Shown piece after piece: positions 9,870 through 20,081 of a stretch of 64,000 nucleotides of DNA. Where the stretch lies: contig CBDAOC010000020.1 of the NCBI GenBank assembly GCA_965197925.1, positions 576,001 through 640,000 on the forward strand, read 5' to 3'. Position 1 is the stretch's first letter. Every line of letters begins with the position of its first letter. The stretch is from Nitrososphaerales archaeon (lineage in GTDB: Archaea; Thermoproteota; Nitrososphaeria; Nitrososphaerales; UBA213). The notes beneath the pieces were generated by a model that was not told the origin of the DNA, ran no database searches, and saw only the letters and a list, made by a program, of their open reading frames with translations. A program made the translations under genes and the position numbers.

Positions 9870-12800
9870 GCAGCTTTGACAAGAGAAAGGCAGAACCCGA
9901 CGTAATCGACAACAGGGAGGCCAGCATGGCCGATGTGCTCAACGTCAACCTGCAGAGAATCGACTCCCTTGACATATCGTCTGGATATTTTGAGGTGGGC
10001 GGGTATGGCCTTGTGCGGAAGGCACTGGAAGAGGCTGTAAAAGACAGCTCCTTTGCATTCAGGCTTTTGGTGGGCAAGGACGCAATAAGGCCTCCCAGGT
10101 TTGATACGTTTGAGCAATACCGCGAATATGCGGAGACGGAGAGGACGGGGCAGACTGAATCGATAAAGTCCGGCCTTGACGGAAACGAGCTCAACAAGAA
10201 CAACATGGACGACGTCACAAGCCTCATCAGGCTCCTAGGACGGGAGAACGTGCAGGTCAGGCACAACGACCTCCGGTTCAACCATGCAAAATGCTACATA
10301 CTTGGCCAGGAGGGAGCGGTGGTCGGATCCAGCAACTTTACGCGCTCCGGGCTGCTGGGAAACGACGAACTAAACACCGGGGTATACAGCACCACCACGT
10401 GGGAGAAGGTAAAGGCGTGGTACGAGCGGATGTGGAACAAGGCAGAGGACGCCAAGGACGACATACTGCAGGCACTGGAACAGTCAAAGTTTGGGGCACC
10501 GCCGGAACCATACGACCTCTACCTGAAGATCCTCTTTGAAAAGTACAAGCGGATTCTGACTGCAATGGCAGAAAAGGACACCACTGCCGCCAAGACACTG
10601 GCAAAATTCCAGACAGATGCGGTCTCAACCCTGCTCCAGATAATAGACGAGTACGGGGGGGCAGTACTTGCAGACTCTACAGGGCTTGGCAAGACGCACG
10701 TAGGACTGGAGGTGATCCGGCAGAAGATGCTTGGGGAGCGCAAAAAGGTGCTGCTCATTGCACCGGCGCAGGTGAGGGACACCGTATGGGCTGGCAAGCT
10801 GGAGACGGCAGGAATCACGGTAGGGAAGATCGGCATGGAGGAGCTCGGCCGGGAGGATTTTGACGTGTACAGGTACAAAAAGTACGACTTTGTGGTAATC
10901 GACGAGAGCCAGAACTTTCGCTCAAAGACCGCGAATCGCAGGCTGAACCTCATGAAGATCATGAGTCTGGGCAGAAGAAAGCAGGCGTTGCTGCTCTCCG
11001 CCACGCCAATCAACAACTCCATAATGGACCTGTACTACCAGATCTCGATAATAACCGGCGGGAGGGACGACTACTTTACGGAGATCGGGATCCCCGACCT
11101 GTACCAGTACATGAGAAAGGCCGCAAACCACGCCATCATGAACACCGGACTTGAAAAGATCCAGCAGCTTCTGGACGCCGTGATGGTCAGGCGAACCAGG
11201 ACATTCATCAGGGAGGTGTATCCCGACGGCAGGATCAACGACAGGCCGATAACGTTTCCAAAGAGGGAGTACGCCCCAATCAGGTACGGGATAACCGAGC
11301 TTTTTGGAAACGTCTACGAGGATCTGTTTGACACGATAAAGTCGCTGCACATGGTGCCGTACGGCATTGAGAAATACAACACGACGCTTACATCGGAGGA
11401 GAGGCAAAAAGCACGGGTACTGGCGCACCTTCAGGTAATCCTGTTATTGAAGCGGTTTGAGAGCAGCGTAAAGGCCGTCGGCATCAGCATAGACAAGAAG
11501 ATAGCGCTGTTTGAGTACTTTGAAAAAATTCTCGTTGAAAACAAGATAGTATCGCCCAAACAGCTCAACAAAATAATGCTGAGATGGAACGCCAGGGACA
11601 TGGACGGCGACGACATTGACGGGGAGGAGAGCCGGGACAGGTTCTTTATGGAAGCCATTAAGAGGCTGAATGTCCAGGATGCCGGAGGCTATGACGTTGA
11701 ATCGATGAGAAAAGACACGGCATTCGACCTGGCACATCTCAGAAGATACAGGGATGCCGTGGCCAGGATACTCCCGTTTGACAAGAAGATAGACGCCGTC
11801 TCCGAGATGATACGCCGTGACGGGGCACTGGAGAGGGAAAGCAAAAAGGTGCTCATATTCACCGAATATACGGACACGGCCGCATACATCAAGGAAATGC
11901 TCCATAAAAAATTCCCTGACAAGAAAATACTCCTGATAACAGGCAGCGTCAAAAAAGAGACCCGCCAGCAGATCATGCGGGAGTTTTCACCCAAGGCAAA
12001 CACCGAAGAGGACGAGGACGTGCCGGAAAACGAGGCCGACATACTGGTGTCCACCGAGGTGCTCGCAGAGGGACAGAACCTTCAGGACTGCAACTATGTA
12101 ATCAATTATGATCTGCCGTGGAATCCGATGAGGATAGTCCAGAGGATAGGGAGGGTGGACAGGCTCACAAGCACGTATGAGACCGTCCGTTCCAGGGAAT
12201 GTTTTCCGGACACAAAGCTGGACGAACTGCTCACGCTGGTTGGCGGCCTGATGGACAAGATAGAGGACATAAACAACACCGTCGGACTGGACACGGACCT
12301 GCTAGGCCAGGAGGCATCACCAAAGCAGTTCAACGAAGTAACGCACAGGAGAATACTGGCATTCGCGAGGGGAGACGGTGTAGATGCGGTAGCCGGTGAC
12401 ATTGAGCGTGAATCCGACCTAATGCCTGCAAAATCCCCGATAAACGAGATCAGCCGGCACATCAGGAATACCGGAATCGCAACAATGGAGGAATTTACAA
12501 TGGGCAGGAGAAGCGGAAAACATGGAGAGGGGCAAAAGGTTGCGCTGGCATACGTGCGGGAAAAGCCCCAAAGAAGGTTTTACTCCGTCATGTACGACTA
12601 TGCCAAGCGAGAGGCAACGGTCGTAAACGACATGGAGGTAATCGAGCTTGCAATGTGCAGGGAGGGCACGCCAAGACACCTTCCCATGGACGGTATCGGG
12701 AACCGCGAATCGTTTGAAGAACTGATTGAGATAGACGCGGTTGCGCGGGAGGCAGTTGCAACGCAGGACAACCGTGATCACAGTATTGCCCGCGAGATCA

Positions 12801-13174
12801 AGTCCAACTCCAGCAAGCAGTACAATGAAATTGTGGAGCGCCTGCGCGACATCATTGACAATGCCGTGGATGGCGGCAGGCTCCCGGGGACCGAGGGCGA
12901 GAGCGTCGACAAGATTCTGGACTTGGCCGACCTGCGGGCATGGCTGGGTGACGTGGAATCACTCCTTGACGAGTATGACGTCGGAAAGGACGTGCAGGTA
13001 CTTGCAGAAGGGCTGAAGCGGATTGGGAACAACATAGGCGTAGAGGACCCTGAAGGCGGTGATGACGCCACGGAGGGAGAGCCTGGCGAGCTTGTACTTG
13101 TTGGTGCCATGTTCATTACCGGAGACATGTTTGATGCAAAGCTTGGCCTGTCCGGAATTGAACAGTTCACATGA
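9866..13174 (+). CDS. SNF2-family helicase with N-terminal PLD-like nuclease domain
   Basis: PLD motif HAKCYI...GSSNFT...NDELN; helicase motifs LADSTGLGKT, VIDESQNFR, LSATP, STEVLAEGQNLQ, NYDLPWNP, QRIGRVDR. ATGA overlap with the upstream ORF. Confidence 0.9.
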   Translation: MSSFDKRKAEPDVIDNREASMADVLNVNLQRIDSLDISSGYFEVGGYGLVRKALEEAVKDSSFAFRLLVGKDAIRPPRFDTFEQYREYAETERTGQTESIKSGLDGNELNKNNMDDVTSLIRLLGRENVQVRHNDLRFNHAKCYILGQEGAVVGSSNFTRSGLLGNDELNTGVYSTTTWEKVKAWYERMWNKAEDAKDDILQALEQSKFGAPPEPYDLYLKILFEKYKRILTAMAEKDTTAAKTLAKFQTDAVSTLLQIIDEYGGAVLADSTGLGKTHVGLEVIRQKMLGERKKVLLIAPAQVRDTVWAGKLETAGITVGKIGMEELGREDFDVYRYKKYDFVVIDESQNFRSKTANRRLNLMKIMSLGRRKQALLLSATPINNSIMDLYYQISIITGGRDDYFTEIGIPDLYQYMRKAANHAIMNTGLEKIQQLLDAVMVRRTRTFIREVYPDGRINDRPITFPKREYAPIRYGITELFGNVYEDLFDTIKSLHMVPYGIEKYNTTLTSEERQKARVLAHLQVILLLKRFESSVKAVGISIDKKIALFEYFEKILVENKIVSPKQLNKIMLRWNARDMDGDDIDGEESRDRFFMEAIKRLNVQDAGGYDVESMRKDTAFDLAHLRRYRDAVARILPFDKKIDAVSEMIRRDGALERESKKVLIFTEYTDTAAYIKEMLHKKFPDKKILLITGSVKKETRQQIMREFSPKANTEEDEDVPENEADILVSTEVLAEGQNLQDCNYVINYDLPWNPMRIVQRIGRVDRLTSTYETVRSRECFPDTKLDELLTLVGGLMDKIEDINNTVGLDTDLLGQEASPKQFNEVTHRRILAFARGDGVDAVAGDIERESDLMPAKSPINEISRHIRNTGIATMEEFTMGRRSGKHGEGQKVALAYVREKPQRRFYSVMYDYAKREATVVNDMEVIELAMCREGTPRHLPMDGIGNRESFEELIEIDAVAREAVATQDNRDHSIAREIKSNSSKQYNEIVERLRDIIDNAVDGGRLPGTEGESVDKILDLADLRAWLGDVESLLDEYDVGKDVQVLAEGLKRIGNNIGVEDPEGGDDATEGEPGELVLVGAMFITGDMFDAKLGLSGIEQFT

Positions 13175-13776
13175 CATTGCACCGTCACTTTTGATTTTTA
13201 CTGGTTTTCAATTCGCTGGAAACATTAGCCATGGTACCAGTGGGCTCTTAGGTTAACGTGTTATAATTCTCCGTGTTGTGTCGAATGATAGGCACTTGAT
13301 TTCTGAACTGAACTTTTCTTGTTTTTTAGATACTGTTTAATGGTCGGTATATTATTTCCTTTGACTTGCATTCCAGTCATCTGGATCAATACGGGCATCA
13401 ATAAGTCGTCTCCATACTTGCCATTGCTCTTTTTGGTCTTTTGGCAGATGTACTAGTCTTCATATCCAATATCAATTAGATTAGATGGTGTACGTAGATT
13501 AGGAGAGGTGTCATAGTTAGTGGGTTCTGTCAAGATATGGGACGTTAGTAAAGATCTTCCAAGTGTAAAATGTCGAGACATGAGACTTTTAGATCGCTAA
13601 TACGTTAGAATATTGAGGAAAAAAGAAGAGGTGTTAGGATTTAGTTCCTAAGAGGAATTGATTCTAACATTCATAGACAAAAGTTACTTTTCTAGGAGTT
13701 GTGGAAGCTGACTGTTGAAACTGTGCCTGTTACCTTTCTATGTATTAACTTATGTAAATATGACCCATAAAATAGT

Positions 13777-14889
13777 ATGGAAGAAACAAGTAGAGAAGAA
13801 CGTGCAAGAAAACTACTTGATAATCCAAACACACACATCATTAGAATAAACGACAGACATTTTCAAATGAAATCCCTTGCAACAAACAGAATCTATGACA
13901 TAAAATTCCAACATCATAAATGATCTTGCACTTGTGCTGATCACAAGTATAGGTTTGTAGAATGCAAGCACATCAAGGCAATCAAGATCAGCCTAGATTT
14001 GAGAGAACAGGCAAGACGTAGAAACAAGGTCACAATCAGTCCACCTTCTACTACAGAACGCCGTTTTTGTTATGGATCTAATATCCGAAAATATGGTATC
14101 CTCAGAAACAAGTACGGAAACGTTCAGAGAGACATCTGCTATGATTGCTCCAAGACATTTACATTCAATCAGGGATTTGAGAGGATGAGGTCTAGTCCTC
14201 AGACAATTACCTCTGCTTTACAATTGTACTTTACAGGCGAGTCTTTGAGAAATATCCAGAAATTCTTGAGATTGCAAGGCAAGGAGATATCGCACAAGAC
14301 AATCCATGTATGGATAAAAAATACACAAAGCTGATGCAGGAGTATTTGAAACAAATAACGCCTTAGGTTGGTGACACTTGGAGGGCAGACGAAGTGTTTG
14401 TCAAAGTCAAGGGAGACACAAAATACCTCTTTGCTCTCATAGATGATGAGACAAGGTTCTGGATTGCTCAGGAAGTTGCAGACTCCAAGTTCAAGCATGA
14501 TGCTAGAAATCTTCTAAGAAAAGGCAAGGAATCAATGCAAGCAAAGCCTAAGGTTTTCGTAACTGATGGATTGCCATCATACCACGATGCCTTGAAGGAA
14601 TATGATGAAAGAAGAAAAGGTTCACCAATTCACATTAGACATATTGCACTTCATGGTGACCACAATAATAACAAAATGGAAAGGCTAAACGGAGAGTTCC
14701 GAGACAGGGAAAAAGTGATGAGAGGAATCAAGAAAAAAGACTCGGTAATCTTTAACGGCTAACAACTATATCACAACTATTTCAGACCTCACATGAGTCA
14801 AGGGAAATACTCCCGCCGAAGCCTGTGAGATTGAAATCAAGGGGGACAACAAATGGATAACGGTAATTCAGAACGCAAAGAAAATCTAA
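13777..14889 (+). mobile_element. Decayed IS6-like DDE transposase with N-terminal SWIM zinc finger (pseudogene)
   Basis: MEETSREERA...*SCTCADH...CKHI (SWIM), zinc ribbon, HTH, WRADEVFVKVKG, FVTDGLPSY, NNKMERLNGEFRDR. Premature stops near 13921, 14364 and 14760, plus frameshifts. Confidence 0.85.
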
Positions 14890-14904
14890 ATTGATTTTCT
14901 CAAA

Positions 14905-16215
14905 TTAATTAATTCCATCACTTTTGGGAATTAAAAATCCAGATTCAAAACCACCTTCAGGAAGATTAAATGAAAAAACAGCAATAGGGATTTTGTCATT
15001 AGTTTGCTGTCTTAATCTTTTAATCTCTTTTACAATTTTTTTCTGTTGGTATTCTTTAATTGCATTACGAGTAACCATGAAGGTTATCCACAAAGAATCT
15101 GTTGTAAAAGTAGATTCCGCATCTCTTTGGAGGGTTGTTGCCTTTTTGATAGTTACTCTAATTATTATATCTAGTTTATCGGCTTCTTCTTTTGACAAAT
15201 CTGCAATCTTGCCTGCAATGCGCCTTGTACTCCATCTATTAAACTGGTTTTCTGCATTGGTTAACTGCGGATTGTCAATAGCAGGTCTAATAATCTCCTC
15301 TACTAAAGCAATTACCAATTCTGGCATATTCTCCATCTTCTTTTTTCTTCGTAAGTCATTTTCTTCTATCATAGACCTAAGCGTATTTGATTCAAGAAAT
15401 TTCTCAGGATCTTTTCTTATTACTCCTATCAGTCTTCTTTCAGCAACTTCAGGAGTTGGACCTGATGAACTATTAAGAGCAAGCGAAGCTCTATCCTTAA
15501 GGAAGCATCCAAATCCTCCATCATTGACTGACTGTCCACAGGTAATTTTTCCATTCTCTTTTATGATAGTTCCATTCCATCCCTCTAAAGTTGTAGGATG
15601 TATTGATGTAACAAAAATCATCCAAGGAAGTTTTACATAAACAAATACTCTTTTATCATCTGTAACTATTGTGCAATCAACAGAACGAAGAGTGTACCAA
15701 TTAAACTTGGGATGCATCTCTACACTTTTATTATCGTCGACATAGTCTAGGAAAACAAGATGGTTTTCATATTGACTAACAGATTGTATGCTTCCATTTA
15801 GAAATTCTCTCCAATGAAGTTCTGCTTCATCCACCAATGAATTTAAATGAGAACGAGGATTTTCTTCCTTGAAATCTTGTGCCATTATCTTTAGTATTCT
15901 CCAACTTAATGAGATGACGAATGATTCTAAATTTCCATTATAATCAAATGTTCTAATTTTGTCATTGTGAAAAGGAAAAAATATTTTATCGGCAAAATAT
16001 TTCTCTAATTTTGAAAATTTTTCTTCACAATTGTCACAAAGCAAATGAAGTTTGGTAATGTCTTGAACTCGCTTTGAGCCATCTTTGGCATTAACCAAGT
16101 AACCAGTTCCTGTTTCTTTGAGCCATTTACCCACAAATTTGGGAATTATGTGACTTTCTCGAAGAGCCCTTTCTTGCAAACATAAGGAACATACATTATT
16201 TTTACTCACGCTCAT
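14905..16215 (-). CDS. HNH-like (treble-clef zinc) nuclease domain protein with long C-terminal extension
   Basis: CSLC...ESHIIPKF...LLCDNCEEKFSKLE pattern at the N-terminus. Confidence 0.6.
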   Translation of the reverse strand: MSVSKNNVCSLCLQERALRESHIIPKFVGKWLKETGTGYLVNAKDGSKRVQDITKLHLLCDNCEEKFSKLEKYFADKIFFPFHNDKIRTFDYNGNLESFVISLSWRILKIMAQDFKEENPRSHLNSLVDEAELHWREFLNGSIQSVSQYENHLVFLDYVDDNKSVEMHPKFNWYTLRSVDCTIVTDDKRVFVYVKLPWMIFVTSIHPTTLEGWNGTIIKENGKITCGQSVNDGGFGCFLKDRASLALNSSSGPTPEVAERRLIGVIRKDPEKFLESNTLRSMIEENDLRRKKKMENMPELVIALVEEIIRPAIDNPQLTNAENQFNRWSTRRIAGKIADLSKEEADKLDIIIRVTIKKATTLQRDAESTFTTDSLWITFMVTRNAIKEYQQKKIVKEIKRLRQQTNDKIPIAVFSFNLPEGGFESGFLIPKSDGIN

Positions 16216-16514
16216 TTAGTTCCTCTTTCTACTTCTTTAACTTGACTTAATATTACTGAAGTATTGAAATTGTGCGTAATTCTACAACACCGAACAATAC
16301 AATATTAAACACAAACTCATCTTGATGATACAATTGATTGATTATTTTTCATTGTTTTTTGTAAATCTAACACAATACTCAAACAAAGAATGTTCTGCAA
16401 GAGTGGTGTTTTTCATTTCACTGAAAGTAATGAGTACAATGTCTGGACTAAATATGTGCGGTGTAAGAAAGACATTTGGAATAAAGATCATGGTACTTGG
16501 GTAGGTAGAGGAGG

Positions 16515-16634
16515 ATGAAAACGAAATCTCTTAGATGTCTTTTAGGATTGCATGATTACGATGACTGGTCAGTATGCAGACGTTGTAAAAAAAGAGCAAA
16601 TTTCTTTACTGCATTTGGACTAGGGGATCATTGA
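16515..16634 (+). CDS. 39-aa C-x4-H/CxxC micro-protein resembling small phage-type zinc-binding proteins
   Basis: GGAGG RBS, then MKTKSLRCLLGLHDYDDWSVCRRCKKR...; below the ORF-track size cutoff. Confidence 0.45.
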   Translation: MKTKSLRCLLGLHDYDDWSVCRRCKKRANFFTAFGLGDH

Positions 16635-16816
16635 TGAAAAACAAGCTCATTCTATTGATGATTGTATCGGCTTCATTGACAATAATCCCGTTTTGGCTAG
16701 CTCCTGTTCAAGTAGCATCTGCTGAACTTTGGCTTATTCATGTCCTGATGGAGGACATGGAGACAAACACAGTTTTTTTACCAATTCCTTCAAAAAGGCT
16801 ACTGTATAGATCCTGA
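16631..16816 (+). CDS. Small protein with signal-peptide-like N-terminus (possibly frameshifted)
   Basis: MKNKLILLMIVSASLTIIPFWLAPVQVASA; start overlaps the upstream stop. Confidence 0.35.
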   Translation: MMKNKLILLMIVSASLTIIPFWLAPVQVASAELWLIHVLMEDMETNTVFLPIPSKRLLYRS

Positions 16817-17142
16817 CTGCATTAAGCTTGTACCTGAGGAATAATAATGCCTAAACCAAAAAGCACCATACACAGAAGGGTGACAGGCGTGACTACCAAC
16901 AGTCAAGGTTCCAGCACCTCAAGACGAATAAGCTCTGCAACAAGGCCAGATGTAATAACTACAAACTAAGCTTTAAACTTTTCTAAGAAATGACAACGCC
17001 TGTAGTGGGAATTACTCCCATTTGATACTTCACTGCCATGGGCTGAAGCGAGTAGATTATTTCTCTGAACTCCAACTTTTATGTCAGTTTCAAGTCTGCG
17101 GTTTTGCCTTGAATGTAATTCCAATTAGATTTAAGGGAAATG

Positions 17143-17343
17143 TTACTGATTTTGCTGGAAAACTCTTTTTTCTACCAGTCTCTTTCGCCGTAGGGATTGC
17201 AACGCATGGTAAACTTTGGAATGCGGAACGTCTTTTTTATCTGCTATGCCGGGTGCTTTGCTTTCCCCGGGCAACAGCAGATTAACGTATGTTTTTGATT
17301 CGTATTCGCATAGACCGCACTGCCTCAGAATTTCTACATTCCA
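17143..17343 (-). pseudogene. TrmB-family HTH regulator remnant
   Basis: ILRQCGLCEYESKTYVNLL...VPHSKVYHALQSLRRKRLVE matches the TrmB N-terminal HTH; no start codon. Confidence 0.7.
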
Positions 17344-17510
17344 TTATGGTACAATAGGTCTTCCAACCGTACCTGCTGGCTTCTCTGGCGGGAGTATCTT
17401 TGTCGATTCATTCCATAAATCATCCGGTATAAACCAAATTGCTGGCATTCTTTTCTCATTTTTCTTCATGGATTGAGATGTGATGAGGTGATCTGGATCT
17501 GTTTTGGTGG
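17344..17510 (-). mobile_element. IS5-family 5' remnant related to the elements at 45717 and 54418
   Basis: MKKNEKRMPAIWFIPDDLWNE...LPPEKPAGTVGRPIVP*, with the shared upstream GATCTGGATCTGTT motif. Confidence 0.75.
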
Positions 17511-17600
17511 AAGAATCGGGTATAATGGATAATTTTGGGACGGGCGCTAAAACGACTCCTTTAAAGAGGTGTTTTCCTTCTTCTAATCGTTGGTAGACTC

Positions 17601-18689
17601 GTGAAAGAAGATAATAAAAAAATCAAGGCCACAATTCGGCAGCGCGATGCCGCTTATAAAGCCTGGAGAACAATCAGGCAAAACAGACGAATAGCTGCCG
17701 GTAGCGGTTCAAAAACTATACCAGAATTCGTAAAACCAGCAACAGTAACATCGGTAAGACACCCCGAAATAACTACCCCAAAAGGAAAAGAAGAATTGTC
17801 TTCATTCGGGAAAGGAATCATATCGTTGTTTCAGAAGACTCCAGAAGATATTGCTTGTGGCAGGTTCTGGGAACTCCGTTGGGCATTCGGATGCCCGCTT
17901 GACTGTAATTATTGTTATCTTCGTGGCACAATGAGGGGAAGAATGAAACCAAGTCCCATCAAGCCACATTATATTCTGGCGGCCCTAGATGAAGCCTTTG
18001 AAAAAATAAAGGAGCCATCAATATTCAACAGCGGCGAACTTTCGGATTCTCTAATGCTCCCGTCCCTTATGGAGAAAATAGTAGACAAGTTTGAAGAACA
18101 AAAAAAACACAAACTGGCTATGCTTAGTAAATTCGGTCCCAGAAACATCAACTTCCTCGTAAAAAAGGCTAGAAGGCAGGTAATATGTGCTTGGAGTATT
18201 AATGCAATCGAGGTGGCAAAAAGATGGGAAAGGGCTGCGCCATCACCCTACGAAAGAATCGAAGCCGCTAAAAAGGTGAATGAGGTAGGCTATGATACAA
18301 GGATTAGAGTAGACCCAATTTTTCCCATCGAAAACTGGAAACAACATTACGAGGATTTGTTATACAGGCTGCTATCGGAATTCGAACCTCGGAGAATCAT
18401 TTTAGGAACGCCTCGCGGCTTATGGAAGACAATAAAGTACGCATCTATGGCAGGCATAGATATGTCGTGGACTAAATACTTCAAGGAGGATTCAGGATGG
18501 GGAAAGAAACTGGACTTCAATCAAAGAAAGGAGATTTACCAATTCTTTTATGACAAGTTAAAATCAATCGGATATCCCTCATCGAGAATATCAATGTGTA
18601 AGGAAACGGTCAACATGTGGGGATCTATGAGTTTAAAATATACGCCTTTAACTTGCAATTGCTATGGGGAAAATGCGATCAATCCGTGA
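17601..18689 (+). CDS. Radical SAM protein, spore photoproduct lyase (SplB)-like family
   Basis: GCPLDCNYCYL (CxxxCxxC), FNSGELSDSL, WSIN...WERAAPSPYERIEAA, RIRVDPI, C-terminal CKE...CNC. Confidence 0.85.
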   Translation: MKEDNKKIKATIRQRDAAYKAWRTIRQNRRIAAGSGSKTIPEFVKPATVTSVRHPEITTPKGKEELSSFGKGIISLFQKTPEDIACGRFWELRWAFGCPLDCNYCYLRGTMRGRMKPSPIKPHYILAALDEAFEKIKEPSIFNSGELSDSLMLPSLMEKIVDKFEEQKKHKLAMLSKFGPRNINFLVKKARRQVICAWSINAIEVAKRWERAAPSPYERIEAAKKVNEVGYDTRIRVDPIFPIENWKQHYEDLLYRLLSEFEPRRIILGTPRGLWKTIKYASMAGIDMSWTKYFKEDSGWGKKLDFNQRKEIYQFFYDKLKSIGYPSSRISMCKETVNMWGSMSLKYTPLTCNCYGENAINP

Positions 18690-18691
18690 TT

Positions 18692-19783
18692 CTATTTGGA
18701 AAATGTGATTTCACACCCATCTGGGTGTGTCGATGGTCTTATTCTACCATCGACTTGGACTATTCTAGGTGGCTTAGAAGATTCCAAATGCTGCAAAATC
18801 TTCTTTCTAAATACGTAAGGAGTATCGACTATGACAAATTCATGTATTTCCTCTACTGAAACGCGTTGACCTCTGAATTCTGTATAAACAAGTTTTGAGG
18901 CTTCGGAAACCCAATTTTCTTCATTTCCATAATCAAGAATGAATGTCTGCTTAGGATCTGTCCTGTCGGAAAACCTGTATGTGCCTCTTCTGTCAACTTT
19001 AAACATGGCTTCTTTCATAACTTCCAGCCCTCGCAAATGTTTAGTTGCAAAAACAAGATGATAAATAAGTTGATCATTTTTTCCGATCATTTCAAACGTT
19101 TTTACAAATTTGGCATTTGCAGCTTGAATAAGCTGGCTTTGATATAATTGCAAGATGGAGTTTCTTCTTCCGTCCGGGTCATCTATTTTATTAATCTCAC
19201 TCCATTCGTGAGTCCCAAAAAGATCATCCATCACGTTCTGACGAAGCTCAGTAAATCTATTGACAAATCCTGCCATGAACGTAATTAGCACTTCACATTT
19301 ATCATATCTTAAAAGCCGTGATATCAGACTCATTGGAAAACCAGAAAATCCAAACGGATCGATGAAAGCAAAAGTTGGAGCGGGTTTAGCTCCTTCTTTC
19401 AAGGCATCAAGGTTTTTTTCAAGTTCTGTTGCAAACTCTGATTTTACAACCTCATATCGGAACTTCATAGGAAGGTCTGGAAATCTTTCTTTAAGAACCT
19501 CTGAGAGTTTGTTAGCTCTTTTTTCATCTTTTTCAATAAACCAGAAAATTATCTCTCCTAATTTGTCTTTAAGAAAATGGTTCCGGGCAATTCTAATTGA
19601 AATTATTGGTGAACCCTCTTCTCCCTTTGAATATACTCCTGGTCCCGCAAAACCGTCCAGATACATTATGCGACCAGACCATTTCGACATGATAGGAAAC
19701 CATGCCTTCAAATATTCCTCCAAAATCTGATGTTTAGCGTGAGTATGCGGTTCTATATCCCAGATGGTGGGCAGTTTAGACAT
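18692..19783 (-). CDS. Three-Cys-motif partner protein TcmP (SAM-dependent methyltransferase-like fold), copy 1
   Basis: HTHAKHQILEEYLKAW, YLDGFAGPG...GSP, FAFIDPFG, EVLITFM, YHLVFATKHLRGLEVMKEAM. Confidence 0.85.
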   Translation of the reverse strand: MSKLPTIWDIEPHTHAKHQILEEYLKAWFPIMSKWSGRIMYLDGFAGPGVYSKGEEGSPIISIRIARNHFLKDKLGEIIFWFIEKDEKRANKLSEVLKERFPDLPMKFRYEVVKSEFATELEKNLDALKEGAKPAPTFAFIDPFGFSGFPMSLISRLLRYDKCEVLITFMAGFVNRFTELRQNVMDDLFGTHEWSEINKIDDPDGRRNSILQLYQSQLIQAANAKFVKTFEMIGKNDQLIYHLVFATKHLRGLEVMKEAMFKVDRRGTYRFSDRTDPKQTFILDYGNEENWVSEASKLVYTEFRGQRVSVEEIHEFVIVDTPYVFRKKILQHLESSKPPRIVQVDGRIRPSTHPDGCEITFSK

Positions 19784-20081
19784 ACAATCTCATATCTTAT
19801 TTTTGCTTTTAATCTTTAATCCTTTTTCAGGCGTAAATGAGTCAATTTTCTATCCTTTTTGGTCAACGGGAGCAAAAACAGCGACTTCATCTGCCTTGTT
19901 GCATAACTATGAAATCCATTACTGAATAACGAAACTATTCTGTTGTTGCGGTGCGAATTTCTGAATTGCATTTTCAATTATCTAGCCATAAGACAAAAAA
20001 TTGCAGAATTTCTGAATTGTGCAACAAAACAACTTCGTCAATTAAATAAAGGAAATAAAGGACGTCAATTATGTATAATAT

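Noticed and set aside
5792..13174. Complete BREX or DISARM system
   Set aside because: No PglZ, BrxC, DrmA or DrmB homologue was recognisable.
6068..13256. Many overlapping antisense and alternate-frame ORFs
   Set aside because: Shadow ORFs expected in GC-rich coding DNA; no motifs.
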